A stretch of DNA of 64,000 nucleotides from Mobula hypostoma (Eukaryota). The notes below the pieces were generated by a model. That model made no database searches. It was not told the DNA's origin and saw nothing but the letters and a program-made list of their open reading frames with translations. A program made the position numbers and the translations under genes. The stretch covers positions 159,094,001-159,158,000 of the forward strand of contig NC_086097.1 in the NCBI RefSeq assembly GCF_963921235.1. Direction: 5' to 3'. This document shows, piece after piece, positions 40,020 through 51,847 of this stretch (positions within the stretch are counted from its first letter, which is position 1; the number at the start of each line of letters is the position of its first letter).

Positions 40020-40525
40020 TTCACCAGATTCACCAGATTCACTAGATTGATTCCTGGGATGGCAGGACTTTCATATGATGAAAGACTGGATCAACTAGGC
40101 TTATACTCATTGGAATTTAGAAGATTGAGGGGGGATCTTATTGAAATGTATATAATCCTAAAGGGATTAGACAGGCTAGATGCAGGAAGATTTTTCCTGA
40201 TGTTGGGGAAGTCCAGAACGAGGGGTCACAGTTTGAGGATAAAGGGGAAGCCTTTTAGGACCGAGATTAGGAAAAACTTCTTCACACAGAGAGTGGTGAA
40301 TCTGTGGAATTCTCTGCCACAGGAAACAGTTGAGGCCAGTTCATTGGCTATATTTAAGAGTGAGTTAGATATGGCCCTTGTGGCTAAAGGGATCAGAGGG
40401 TATGGAGGGAAGGCTGGTACAGGGTTCTGAGTTGGATGATCAGCCATGATCATACTGAATGGCAGTGCAGGCTCAAAGGGCCGAATGGCCTACTCCTGCA
40501 CCTATTTTCTATGTTTCTATGTTTC
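40020..40525 (+). mobile_element. Young CR1 3' fragment
   Basis: RFTRLIPGMAGLSY..NFFTQRVVNLWNSLPQ; (TTTCTATG)n tail. Confidence 0.92.
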
Positions 40526-41489
40526 TCTGGATTTCAAGAAATTGCTACATTTGCACATTATAGACTTGCCATGGACATCTCTATTTTGTACAAGGAGCGA
40601 AGATAAGGGTCCTACTTCATTCAGCCTCGCTAGCTCAAGAAGGGAATAGTTGAAATTAGAGTTCCAATCATGTAAATTATCCTTAAGCATTGTTAAAATA
40701 TAAAACAAAGAATAATTTGCTCTTAATTTCCTTTCCCCTCTTTGTTGCTTTCCAGTCCCAAGGTTGACTCACATTTCTTATTTCCTCACTTTTGTTTCTG
40801 TATCCTTAAGTTTCATTGGATACTGAAATAGGCAGATGGCCCTCTCTTTCACCAAAATTCCTGAAGCCCTATATCAGTTTGCTGTTGCTGCAAATGATGG
40901 GATAAAATGCTTTAAACTGCAAAGTGATGGCCCATTCAAAGAAATTCCAACTCATTGTCTTTTCTCCTATTCATTCTGTTTTAATTTTATTATCTGCTAG
41001 ATCTTGTTTTCTCAAAGTCAAAAAATTATTCAAAGTGGGAAGAATATCCTTTGTGTAAATCTCATGCATGTTTAAGCAGTATCATTGACTCAACCCGGAA
41101 TAGCAGGAGTAAATATATTCCCAGCTTTTGTTTGCTTTTATTACATGTATTAAGTGGTGAAAGCAGAGTGTTCATCTGCTGATAGTTAAGACCATCTATT
41201 AAACCAATCTCTTATTTCATTTTGTTAAATGCAGATTTCCCATTCATTGTACATACTCGCTCCCATGTGTTAACATTCAGCGCTCATTTCCAGATCCTTT
41301 AATTTTATGTGAAACATAAAGGTGGCTGAAAGTATAATTCTCAGCAGAACAGAAGGGCTCACATCAAGATAAAGAGACTTCAGTAATATTCAAAAGCCTA
41401 TCTCCTAATAGAATAGCTACAGACTGAGAAAAAGCAATTGCACTGTTGAGAATTCCCTCACCACAGGGGAAGAAAAGACACAGTTAAAC

Positions 41490-42340
41490 AAATCCAGAAC
41501 ACATACACAAAATACTGGAGGAAATCAGCAGGTCAGGCAGCATCTATTGGAATGAATAAACAGCTGATGTTTCAGGCTGAGACCCTTTTTCAGGACTTGA
41601 AATGAAAGGGGAAAGACACCAGAATAAAAAGGTTGGGGGCGGGGCGTGGGAAGGAGAAGGAGGATGAGCTAAAAGGTGATAGGTGAAACTAGGTAAAGGG
41701 CTGGAGAGATGGAACCTGATAGGAGAGATGGAAGAAGGACACTGGGGGAAGTGATGAGCAGGTGAGGAGAAGAGTTAAGAGGCCAAAGTTGGCAATAGAA
41801 GAAGAGGGAAATTGGGGGGGAGGGGGGTTGGAATTACCAGAAGGAGAAATTGATGATGTTCATGCCATCGGATTTGAGGCTCCTAGACAGAATATGAAGT
41901 GTTGCTCCTCCACCCTGAGAGTAGCCTCACTGGGGCAAAAGAGGAGGCCATGCGCCAGCATGTTGGAACAAAAATAGGGATAGGAATTAAAATTGTAGGC
42001 CACTGGGAAATTGCACTTTTGGCAGATGGAGCAGAGGTGCTTGACAAGGCAGTACCCCAATTTAAGTTGGTTCTACCTTGGGTAAGGACAAGATGAACTC
42101 TATCCATGTTAAAGCAGCAGAAGGCGAAGTGGGTGTGGAAGTTCGGGAAGTGGAGGAGATGTGGGTAAGGGTGGAGGATGGGAAATCCTGTACTTTGAAG
42201 AAGGAGGTCATCTCGGATGTTGTGGAATGGAAAACCGAATGTTGGGAACAGATGTGATGGAGACGAAGGAGTTACGAAAAGGGAGATAGGTCACGATAGC
42301 TGTGGGAATCAGAAGGTTTATAAAAGATGTTGGTAGACCT
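41490..42340 (-). mobile_element. Penelope family A fragment (RT-side piece, GIY-YIG, pLTR)
   Basis: KHLCSI..FPVAYNFN..EATLRVEEQHFIFCLG; decayed hammerhead at ~41561-41597. Confidence 0.8.
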
Positions 42341-42512
42341 GGAGTACTTTTTTGTTTTAATTTTTGTCTTCCATTCTCTGAAATAATATTTCTGTGTGTT
42401 GTTAACTTATAACAGTAGCCATTTTCTAAAATGTCTTGTTCATTTAAATTGAGATGTCCATATACATAGTTTCTAGCAGGATATTGGACTGTAGTCAGTC
42501 AACATGCACAAA

Positions 42513-42557
42513 ATAGTCATAGTCATAGTCATACTTTATTGATCCCGGGGGAAATTG
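42513..42557 (-). mobile_element. 45-bp Rex1-type extreme 3' tail
   Basis: ATAGTCATAGTCATAGTCATACTTTATTGATCCCGGGGGAAATTG, as at 38896. Confidence 0.8.
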
Positions 42558-42560
42558 ATT

Positions 42561-42928
42561 AAATGGTCACGCTACTTCTTGAAGAAAGAGGGGAACAATC
42601 AGTCACTGGCTATAGGTCCAAACAAGAGAAAATCAGCAATATTGGAAATCCAAGCAGCACACAGAAAATGCTGGAGGAACTCAGCAGGCCAGACAGCATC
42701 TATGGAAAAAAGTACAGTCGACATTCTGGGCAGAGACCATTTTGCGGGAGGGTTTCCGCCAGAAATATCGACTGTATTTTTTTACATAGATGCTGCCTGG
42801 CCTGTTGAGTTCCTCCAGCATTTTCTGTGTGTTGCTTGGATTTCCAACATTGCTGATTTTCTCTTGTTTGGACCTATAGCCAGTGACTGACTGCTCCCCT
42901 CTTTCTTCAAGAAGTAGCGTGACCATTT
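42561..42928. repeat. 368-bp palindrome: Penelope pLTR ends plus ~58 bp of extra DNA on each side
   Basis: AAATGGTCACGCTACTTCTTGAAG.. and ..CTTCAAGAAGTAGCGTGACCATTT; ~8 mismatches over ~160 bp by eye. Confidence 0.93.
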
Positions 42929-43635
42929 GTAAATCTTCCTTACAGGGTCTTGCTGAAGTTGGAAACTTCTGTAAAGACAATTTACTAAAGTGCAGACCTT
43001 ACTGATCCTGATATCGAAATCCCACACTGGAATGTGTGTTCATTTTTCAAGTACTTTGTCATCTGATCCAGGTACACTTCTGTAAAGTTGATAGAGTCAG
43101 AATATTCTTATCCAGATACTGAAGTGCCCATCAACAATGGCAGCAACTATCTGCAGTTATAATGGAAATCCTATTTTGTCTGAGATACACAGTAGTATAT
43201 TTTCTGATAAAAGCTTTGCAGTTCTTAGAATACAAAAAAATATAAATTTCTACCTTTTTTAAATCTATCCTTGGAACTTGGTTTGCAGCAGAAACTTCCA
43301 CAAATTCACATACAAAAGTGAAAAATATAAATTATTATAAACTTTACATTAGAAGAGTTCATCCAAGTTTTAAAGGACATTCTCTCTGCAAGTTAACTTC
43401 ATCCTGACTGACTCCAGTAGAAATATGATAGAGCAAGTCTTAAATGACAAATGGAGGTCCGCTGTAGAGTGATTGGATCTGAACTACCAGCTTTTCAAAA
43501 GTATTCTTGCTTTAATCCTGATTCTAGTTTTGCCTGGGTTAGCAAGTCTGCCTACACAAAAACTTTTTTTTGAGCAACACACATCAAAGTTGCTGGTGAA
43601 CGCAGCAGGCCAGGCAGCATCTGTAGGAATGGGTG

Positions 43636-43672
43636 CAGTCCACGTTTCAGGCCGAGACCCTTCGTCAGGACT
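43636..43672 (-). ncRNA. Minimal hammerhead motif with non-cleavable GUG triplet
   Basis: Reverse complement AGTC-CTGACGA-AGGGTCTCGGCCT-GAAA-CGTG-GACTG. Confidence 0.6.
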
Positions 43673-44073
43673 AACTGAAGGAAGAGTGAGTAAGGGATTT
43701 GAAAGTTGGAGGGGGAAGGGGGAGATCCAAAATGATAGGAGAAGACAGGAGGGGGAGGGATAGAGCCGAGAGCTGGACAGGTGATAGGCAAAAGGGATAT
43801 GAGAGGATCATGGGACAGGAGGTCCGGGAAGAAAGACAAGGGGGGGGGGACCCAGAGGATGGGCAAGAGGTATATTCAGAGGGACAGAGGGAGAAAAAGG
43901 AGAGTGAGAGAAAGAATGTGTGCATAAAAATAAGTAACAGATGGGGTACGAGGGGGAGGTGGGGCCTTAGCGGAGGTGGGGCTCTATCCCTCCCCATCCT
44001 GTCTTCTCCTATCATTTTGGATCTCCCCCTCCCCCTCCAACTTTCAAATCCCTTACTCACTCTTCCTTCAGTT

Positions 44074-44110
44074 AGTCCTGACGAAGGGTCTCGGCCTGAA
44101 ACGTCGACTG
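44074..44110 (+). ncRNA. Minimal type I hammerhead ribozyme motif, intact core
   Basis: AGTC-CTGACGA-AGGGTCTCGGCCT-GAAA-CGTC-GACTG: helix I AGTC/GACT, helix II, palindromic ACGT helix III, GUC site. Confidence 0.8.
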
Positions 44111-45849
44111 CACCTCTTCCTACAGATGCTGCCTGGCCTGCTGCGTTCACCAGCAACTTTGATGTGTGTTGCTTGAATTTCCAGCATCTGCAGAATTCCT
44201 GTTGTTTAACTTTTTTTTGAAACTGGATTGCCTGGGGCTGCAGCCAATAGATAAGTGGAGCATGATTCCTCTCCATTTATTATGGTTGGGTTGTCTCTTT
44301 AAATATTAAATGCCTTGAGGCTCCTATTCCCTTCCTGTTGACTCTTTGCTGAACAAATATTCCCAGTTGCTGTAATGTGATGGTCAGCCTGAGTAGCTAA
44401 TGGGGCAAGAGATTTTAACAATGTGTCACTTGGTAAACTAAGGTACACAGGGAATGCTTGTGGTAGATGGTGTTAAATAATTGAACATTAAAATGAAACT
44501 GCAGACACCTAGCATCTAAAATAAGAAGAAAGAGTTCTGGAAATATGTTGGGGGCCAGGCACCATCTGAGGAAAGAGAAAGTGAGTTAATGTTTCAAGTC
44601 ATAACTCTTGATCAGGCCGAATGTCCTGAGTGGACATGGGTGAAGATATTTCTATTAATAGGAGAATCTAAGATCCAGGACACAGCCTCAGAATAAAAGG
44701 ATATCCCTTTAGAGCTGAGATGAGGACAAATTCCTTCAGCCGGAAGATTATGAAGTTGTTGCCATGGAGGACATGTCAATCTGTTCTTGTTTGGTAAGAG
44801 GGTCAAAGATTACAGACAGAAGGCAGAGAATGTTGTTAGAGAAAAATAAATCGCCAGTTGAATGGTAAAACAGGCTCAATTGGCCAAATGGCCTATTTCT
44901 TCCCTATATCTACGGTCTTATCAAAACTCAGAAAGTGAATATAGTTATTTTGAAGCTGCAGGGAGGGTGGGGAGAATGGTTGAATGAAGAAAGTATAAAA
45001 TAAAAATAGAAAACGGAGGAAACAATCAGGTCAGCTGCATCTGCAGGAAGAGTTAATGGTTCGGGTTGAAGTCGCTTCCATATCTGCACTTTTTTTTTGA
45101 TTTTTTAAGGCAAAGCAAAGCTGAGGTAAATGATGCTAGGGCTGCTGATGTGGTCTCACTATTTTCAAACCAATGAGGGTAAGTGTGTCAGCATTTACAG
45201 GGAGAAAGCAGGAGAAAGGGGTCGAGAGGAAAAATAAACCTTGATTGAATGATGGAGCAGAATTGATGGGCCGAATGACCTAGTTGTGCTTCTTTGCCTT
45301 ATGATATTAGAGTATCTAGAGAAACAAACAGTGGGACATGTTAAAGCTGTGAAACACATGTCAGAGCTTTCCCTGAAGCCTGAAACCAGAAAGAGAAAGC
45401 TGTAGAAGCCCAGCAGATCCGGTACTGTTAGCAAAGAGGGAAAGAAAAACTGAATTATTATGATTGATAGATAATTTTGCAGCAGAATTGCCAGCTCTAT
45501 TACAAAGAGAGAAAGCAAATGCTCTGAATGCAGTGGATAAAATACTGAGTCCACAAGCTGTAATGTGCCTAGTCTGAAAATAAGATGCTATTCCTAAAAG
45601 CTACATTGGACTTTGTTGGAACAATATAGGAGGGCACAGATAGGTCAGGGTTGGAGTGGGATAGTAAGTTCAAGTAAACATGGCCTCTGATTCTACATGG
45701 CAGAGCAACTCAATTAAAAAAATCTATTTGTTGTTCTTTCTCAACTAATAAGATTGAAATAAAGATTACGTTCACTGTGTTTATTTTGTTACATGGCTTG
45801 CTCAATGCAAATATATCCTTTTTTCTTTTCCACCCCTTAACTGGCAGAT

Positions 45850-45990
45850 GACCATAGAAACACAGAAAACCTACAGCACAAAATAGGCCCTTCGGCCCAC
45901 AAAGCTGTGCCGAAGCTGTCCTTACCTTAGAAATTATCTAGGGTTACCTATAGCCCCCTATATTTCTGAGCTCCATGTACCTGTCCAGGT
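45850..45990 (-). mobile_element. CR1 3' terminus
   Basis: CATAGAAAC tail, GGCCCTTCGGCCCAC hairpin. Confidence 0.75.
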
Positions 45991-46834
45991 TTTTTTATTG
46001 AGTTATTTAGGAAGAGGGATTGACAATCCTGTGATAGACAGTATCAAACATATTTGGGTAAAGAATCACAGGTAAACTAGGGGAAGATGTTCAGTGAACT
46101 ATTCTCTGCACTGCATTGTCTGTAAAAGCAGTGAATTAGAAACATTCATTTCGTAATGCAATACTAAAACTGCGATAATCTGTTATCCAATTGTTCAATA
46201 AACCCATTGTTTGGCATCCGGTTCACTGAGTGATGTTTAATCGATTCTCTTGAAACTTTGGGGCTCTGCTTTCAATGCCTGCCTTAAATTCACGGGGTCC
46301 CATTTCCCATTTCCTCAAAGCGTATATGCACCCTGTTTTCCATGCTCCCTTTAAAACTCAAAGGTGGGGGGCACGAAGAAGACTGCAAGTGCTGGAATTG
46401 GAGCAAAAAGAAATAAGCTACTGGAGGAACTCGCTGGACCAAGCAGCATCTATGGAAGACAAGTGATAGTTGATGTCTTGGATTGAGACCTTGTATCAAA
46501 ACGTGCTCTACTGAAACGCAATAGGGCTGTTTCCTTTGTTCCTTTTAAATTTACCAGGCTCCAGTTCCAACTCACTTTATTTGGTTTACAGAAAAGTTTA
46601 TGATGCCATCAGGTAATATCTAAAAAAAGTGGACCAGTGTGTTGGGATATCATTGGAAGACCATTAATGAACCAGAAGATGTCCACTGTTTGTCCCCAGC
46701 ATGCCAGATTAATAGACTCTTTACCTTATATGAGTATGACATAGAGGAAACACTACAGAGCAATAGCGGGAGAGAAGAGTAATTGGACTAAATGGATAAA
46801 TCTTTCAAAGAGTTGGAAAAGATCTATTGGCTAT

Positions 46835-49445
46835 TAGAAATTACCTAGGGTTACCCATAGCTTTCTATTTTTCTGAGCTCCGTGTACCTCTCCAGGAGTC
46901 TCTTAAAAGACCCTATCGTATCCACCTCCACCACCATCGCTGGCAGCCCATTCCACGCACTCACCACTCTCTGCATTAAAAAAAACTTACTCCGAACATC
47001 TCCTCTGTACCTACTTCCAAGCACCTTAAAACTGTGCCCTCTCGTACTAGCCATTTCAGCCCTGGGAAAAAGCCTCTGACTACCCACACTATCAATGGCT
47101 CTCATCATCTTTTACACCTCTATCAGGTCACATCTCGTCCTCCCTTGCTGCAAGGAAAAAAGGCCGATTTCACTCAATCTATTCTCATAAGGCATGCTCC
47201 CCAATCCAGGCAACATCCTTGTAAATTTCCTCTGTACCTTTTCTATGGTTTCCACATCCTTCCTGTTGTGAGGCGACCAGAACTGAGCACAGTACTCCAA
47301 GTGGGGTCTGACCAGGGTCTGATATAGCTGCAACATTACCTCTTGACTCCTAAATTTAATTCCACGATCGATGAAGGCCAATGCACCGTATGCCTTCTTA
47401 ACCACAGAGTCAACCTGTGCAGCAGCTTTGGGTGTCATATGGACTTGGACCCGAAGATCCCTCTGATCCTCCACACTACCAAGAGTCTTATCGTTAATAC
47501 TATATTCTGCCATCATATTTGACCTACCAAAATCAACTACCTCACACATCTGGGTTGAACTCCATCTGCCACTTTTCATCCCAGTTTTGCATCCTATCAA
47601 TGTCCTGCTGAAACATCTGTCAGCCCTCCACACTATCCACAACACCCCCAACCTTTGTGTCATCAGCAAATTTACTAACCCATCCCTCCACTTCCTCATC
47701 CAGGTCATTTATAAAAATTACGAAGAGAAGGGGTCCCAGAACAGATTCCTGAGGAACACCACTAGTCACTAACTTCTAATCTCCATGCAGAATACGACCC
47801 GCCTACAACCACCCTTGACCCTCTGTGGGCAAGCCAGTTTTTAATCCGCAAAGCAATGTCCCCTTGGATCCCATGCTTCCTTACTTTCTCAATAAGCCTT
47901 GCATGGGGTACCTTGTCAAATGTCTCACTGAAATCCGTATACACTATATCTACTGCTCTACCTTCTTCGATGCTTTTAGTCACATCCTCAAAAAATTCAA
48001 TCAGGCTCGTAAGGCACGACCTGCCTTTCACAAAGCCATGCTAGCTATTTCTAATCATATTATGCCTCTCCAAATGTTCATAAATCCTGCCTCTCGGGAT
48101 CTTCTCCATCAACTTACCAACCACTGAAGTAAGACTCACTGGCTTATAATTTCCTAGGCTATCTCTACTCCCCTTCTTGAATAATAGAACAACACCCACA
48201 ACCTTCCAATCTTTCGAAACCTCTCCCATCCCCATTGATGATGCAAAGATCATCACCAGAGGCTCAGCAATCTCCTGCCTCGCCTCCCGCAGTAGCCTGG
48301 GGTACATCTCGTCCAGTCCCAGTGACTTAACCAACGTGATGCTTTCCAAAAGTTCCAGCACATCCTCTTTCTTAATATCTACATGCTCAAGCTTTTCAGT
48401 TCTCTGTAAGTCATCCCTAGAATCGCTAAGATCCTTTTCCGTAGTGAATACTGAAGCAAAATATGCCTTGGGGTTTTCCTGAATCCTGTCCACCAAGGCC
48501 TTTTCATGGCCCCTTCTGGCTTTCCTAATTTCATTCTTAAACTCCTTCCTGTGAGCCTTATAATCTTCTAGATCTCTATCATTACCTAGTTTTTTGAACC
48601 TTTTGTAAGCTCTTCTTTTCTTCTTGACTAGATCTACAACAGCCTTTGTACACTACAGTTCCTGTACCCTACCATCCTTTCCGTCTCATTGGAATGTACC
48701 TATGCAGAACACCATGCAAATATCCCCTGAACATTTGCCACATTTCTTCCGTACATTTCCCTGAGAACATCTGTTCCCAATTTATGCTTCCAAGTTCTTG
48801 TCTGATAGCCCTTACTCCAATTAAACACTTTCCTAACTTGTCTGATCCTATCCCTCTGCAATGCTATGGTAAAGGAGATAGAATTGTGATCACTATCTCA
48901 AAAATGCTCTCCCACTGAGAGATCTGATTCCTGACAAGGTTCATTTCCCAATACCAGATCAAGTACAGCCTCTCCTCTTGCAGGCTTATCTACATATTGT
49001 GTCAAGAAACCTTCTTGAACACACCTAACAAACTCCACCCCATTAAACCCCTCACTCTAGGGAGATGCCAATTGATATTTGGGAAATTAAAATCTCCCAC
49101 CACAACAACCCTGTTATTATTACACCTTTCCAGAATCTGTCTCCCTATCTGCTCCTCGATGTCTCTGTTACTATTGGGTGGTCTATATAAAAAAAAACAC
49201 CCAGTAGAGTTATTGACCCCATTCTGTTCCTAACTTCCACCCACAGAGACTCTGTAGACAATCCCTCCATGTCTTCCTCCTTTTCTGCAGCTGTGACACG
49301 ATTTCTGATCAACAGTGCCACGCCCCCACCTCTTTTACCTCCCTCCCTGTCCTTTTTGAAACATCTAAAGCCTGACACTCGAAGTAACCATTTCTGCCCC
49401 TGAGCCATCAAAGTCGTGTCGTTGTAATGGCCACAACACCATCTG
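46835..49445 (-). mobile_element. CR1 ORF2 (~2.6 kb, endonuclease to C-terminus) lacking its tail
   Basis: KRGGGVALL, NYKPVSLTSVVGKLME, SCLTSLIEFFE, LVRPHLEYCAQFWSP; frameshifted. Confidence 0.9.
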
Positions 49446-49789
49446 TAGAATTAGTAAAGTTTAATGCCTTGTCAGATATATACAGTTTCTGCTGACAATT
49501 TATCTTCAGTGCCAGAATAGTAAGAGAAAAGCCGAGCGCTGCAGGAACTTAGTGGGTCAAGCAACATCCGCGGATTAGTGAAGGTGATAAAATTGATTGG
49601 TTCTGCAGGAGGCAGTGCCACTACAGATATTGATGTAATGGAGATAGATTTGGAGGGGTGGTGTGGGATGCTGCCAGAGTAGGTTTGGAACACGAGGACA
49701 GTTGAAAAAATGATGTTTGTCAGGAAGAATCACTATCTTGTCCCAAAACTGAGTATTACCTTTTTAACATTAGAATTGACAACAAATAC

Positions 49790-50706
49790 TGATAGAACCA
49801 TAGAACCATAGAAACTACAGCACAGAAACAGGCCTTTTGGCCCTTCTTGGCTGTGCCGAACCATTCCCTGCCTAGTCCCACTGACCTGCACACGGACCAT
49901 ATCCCTCCATACACCTCCCATCCATGTATCTGTCCAATTTATTCTTAAATGTTAAAAAAGAACCCACATTTACCACCTCGCCTGGCAGCTCATTCCATAC
50001 TCCCACCACTCTCTGTGTGAAGAAGCCCCCCACTAATGTTCCCTTTAAACTTTTCCCCCCTCACCCTTAACCCGTGTCTTCTGGTTTTTTTCTCCCCTTG
50101 CCTCAGTGGAAGAAGCCTGCTTGCATTCACTCTATCTATTCCCATCATAATTTTATATACCTCTATCAAATCTCCCCTCATTCTTCTACGCTCCAGGGAA
50201 TAAAGTCCTAATTTATTCAACCTTTCTCTGTAACTGAGTTTCTCAAGTCCCGGCAACATCCTTGTAAACCTTCTCTGCACTCTTTCAACCTTATTTATAT
50301 CCTTCCTGTAATTTGGTGACCAAAACTGAACACAATACTCCAGATTCGGCCTCACCAATGCCTTATACAACCTCATCATAACATTTCAGCTCTTATACTC
50401 AATACTTTGATTAATAAAGGCCAATGTACCAAAAGCTCTCTTTACGACCCTATCTACCTGTGACGCTACTTTTAGGGAATTTTGTATCTGTATTCCCAGA
50501 TCCCTCTGTTCCACTGCACTCCTCAGTGCCTTACCATTAACCCTGCATGTTCTACCTTGGTTTGTCCTTCCCACATGCAATACCTCACACTTGTCTGTAT
50601 TAAACTCCATCTGCCATTTTTCCAGCTGGTCCAAGTCCCTCTGCAGGCTCTGAAAACCTTCCTCACTGCCCACTACACCTCCAATCTTTGTATCATCAGC
50701 AAATTT
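49790..50706 (-). mobile_element. CR1 3' part
   Basis: LYKALVRPNLEYCVQFWSP; (CCATAGAA)n tail; similar subfamily to 5936-6750. Confidence 0.9.
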
Positions 50707-51847
50707 GATGTTTAAGATTTTGTGATAATGTGAATATAATTCACAATATCCATAAGCTTAGAAACCAATTGACTTTAGAAAAACATGTGAAATCTAGAAT
50801 GCACTCTAATCTCAAAATATTTAATTTTGAGGCACTGCTACTGTAGAATTTCTCCATGCCAGTATTGCTTGTAATGTGAGATAGTCCTCACATTTTGTGT
50901 TCCTCTGTTTATTCAGTGAAGGCAGAAAACGGGTGCATCAAATATATTGGGACTGTGTTATTGCTTAGAGAATTCTGAGGGAACGTTGAGGTGCCTGTGG
51001 TTGAGGTCAGTGGTTCAAGGGTCAGAAGGCAGCAGTGGATGTTGTGGGTTGCATATGGTTGTCAGAAATGAGGTCAACAGTCTAGGCAGGTAGGGGGAAA
51101 GGACTGGATTATTGTTTAGATTGTGGAGAGTGTGGCAATTATATCTGGGGTGACATGGCTTGTAATCCCAAAAGAGATGGTTTTTAACTTAAAAAGGACC
51201 GAGATGAAGTACGTGGCCAGTGCTGGACCAAGTTCTCAGACTCATTTGTCTTTTCAAAATTCAAAGTAAATTTTATTATTGAGGTATGTATATGTCACCA
51301 TATACAACACTGAGATTTGTATTCCCATGGGCATTCTTGGCAAATCTATAGAATAGTGACTCTAACAGGATCAATGAAAGATCAACTAGAGTGCAGAAGA
51401 CAACACACTGAGCAAATACAAATATAAATAAATAGCAATAAATAACAAGAACATGAAATAACAGGATAAAGAGTCCTTAAAGTGAGATAATGGTTATGGA
51501 AACATCTCAATGGTTGGGTAAGCAAGTGTCATTAACCTCTTTATTGAAGAGCCTAATGGTTGCAGGGTATTACCTGTTCATAAACTTGGTCATGCAAGTC
51601 CTGAGGCTCTTGTACCTCCTACCAAAGACAGCAGTGAGAAGAGAGCATGGCCTAGATGGTGAGGTTCTCTGGTGATGGAAGCTGCTTTCCTACAACAGCG
51701 TTTCGTGTAGATGTGCACAATGGCTGGGAGTACTTTGACCATGATGTACTGGGCTGAATCCACTACTTGTTGTAGTATTTCCATTCAAAGGCATTGGTGT
51801 TTCCATACCAGGTCATGATGCAGCCAGTCAATACACTCTCCATGACA

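Larger units (their letters stand above)
43574..44207. mobile_element. Young non-coding Penelope-derived fold-back insertion with 13-bp TSD
   Basis: Arms ~43573-43767 and 43980-44173; AACTTTTTTTTGA at 43561-43573 and 44208-44220. Confidence 0.9.

Noticed and set aside
42555..44276. Overlapping ORFs on both strands with near-identical peptides (e.g. MVTLLLEERGEQ.., KLLVNAAGQAASVG)
   Set aside because: They are artefacts of palindromic non-coding DNA and low-complexity pLTR sequence, not genes.
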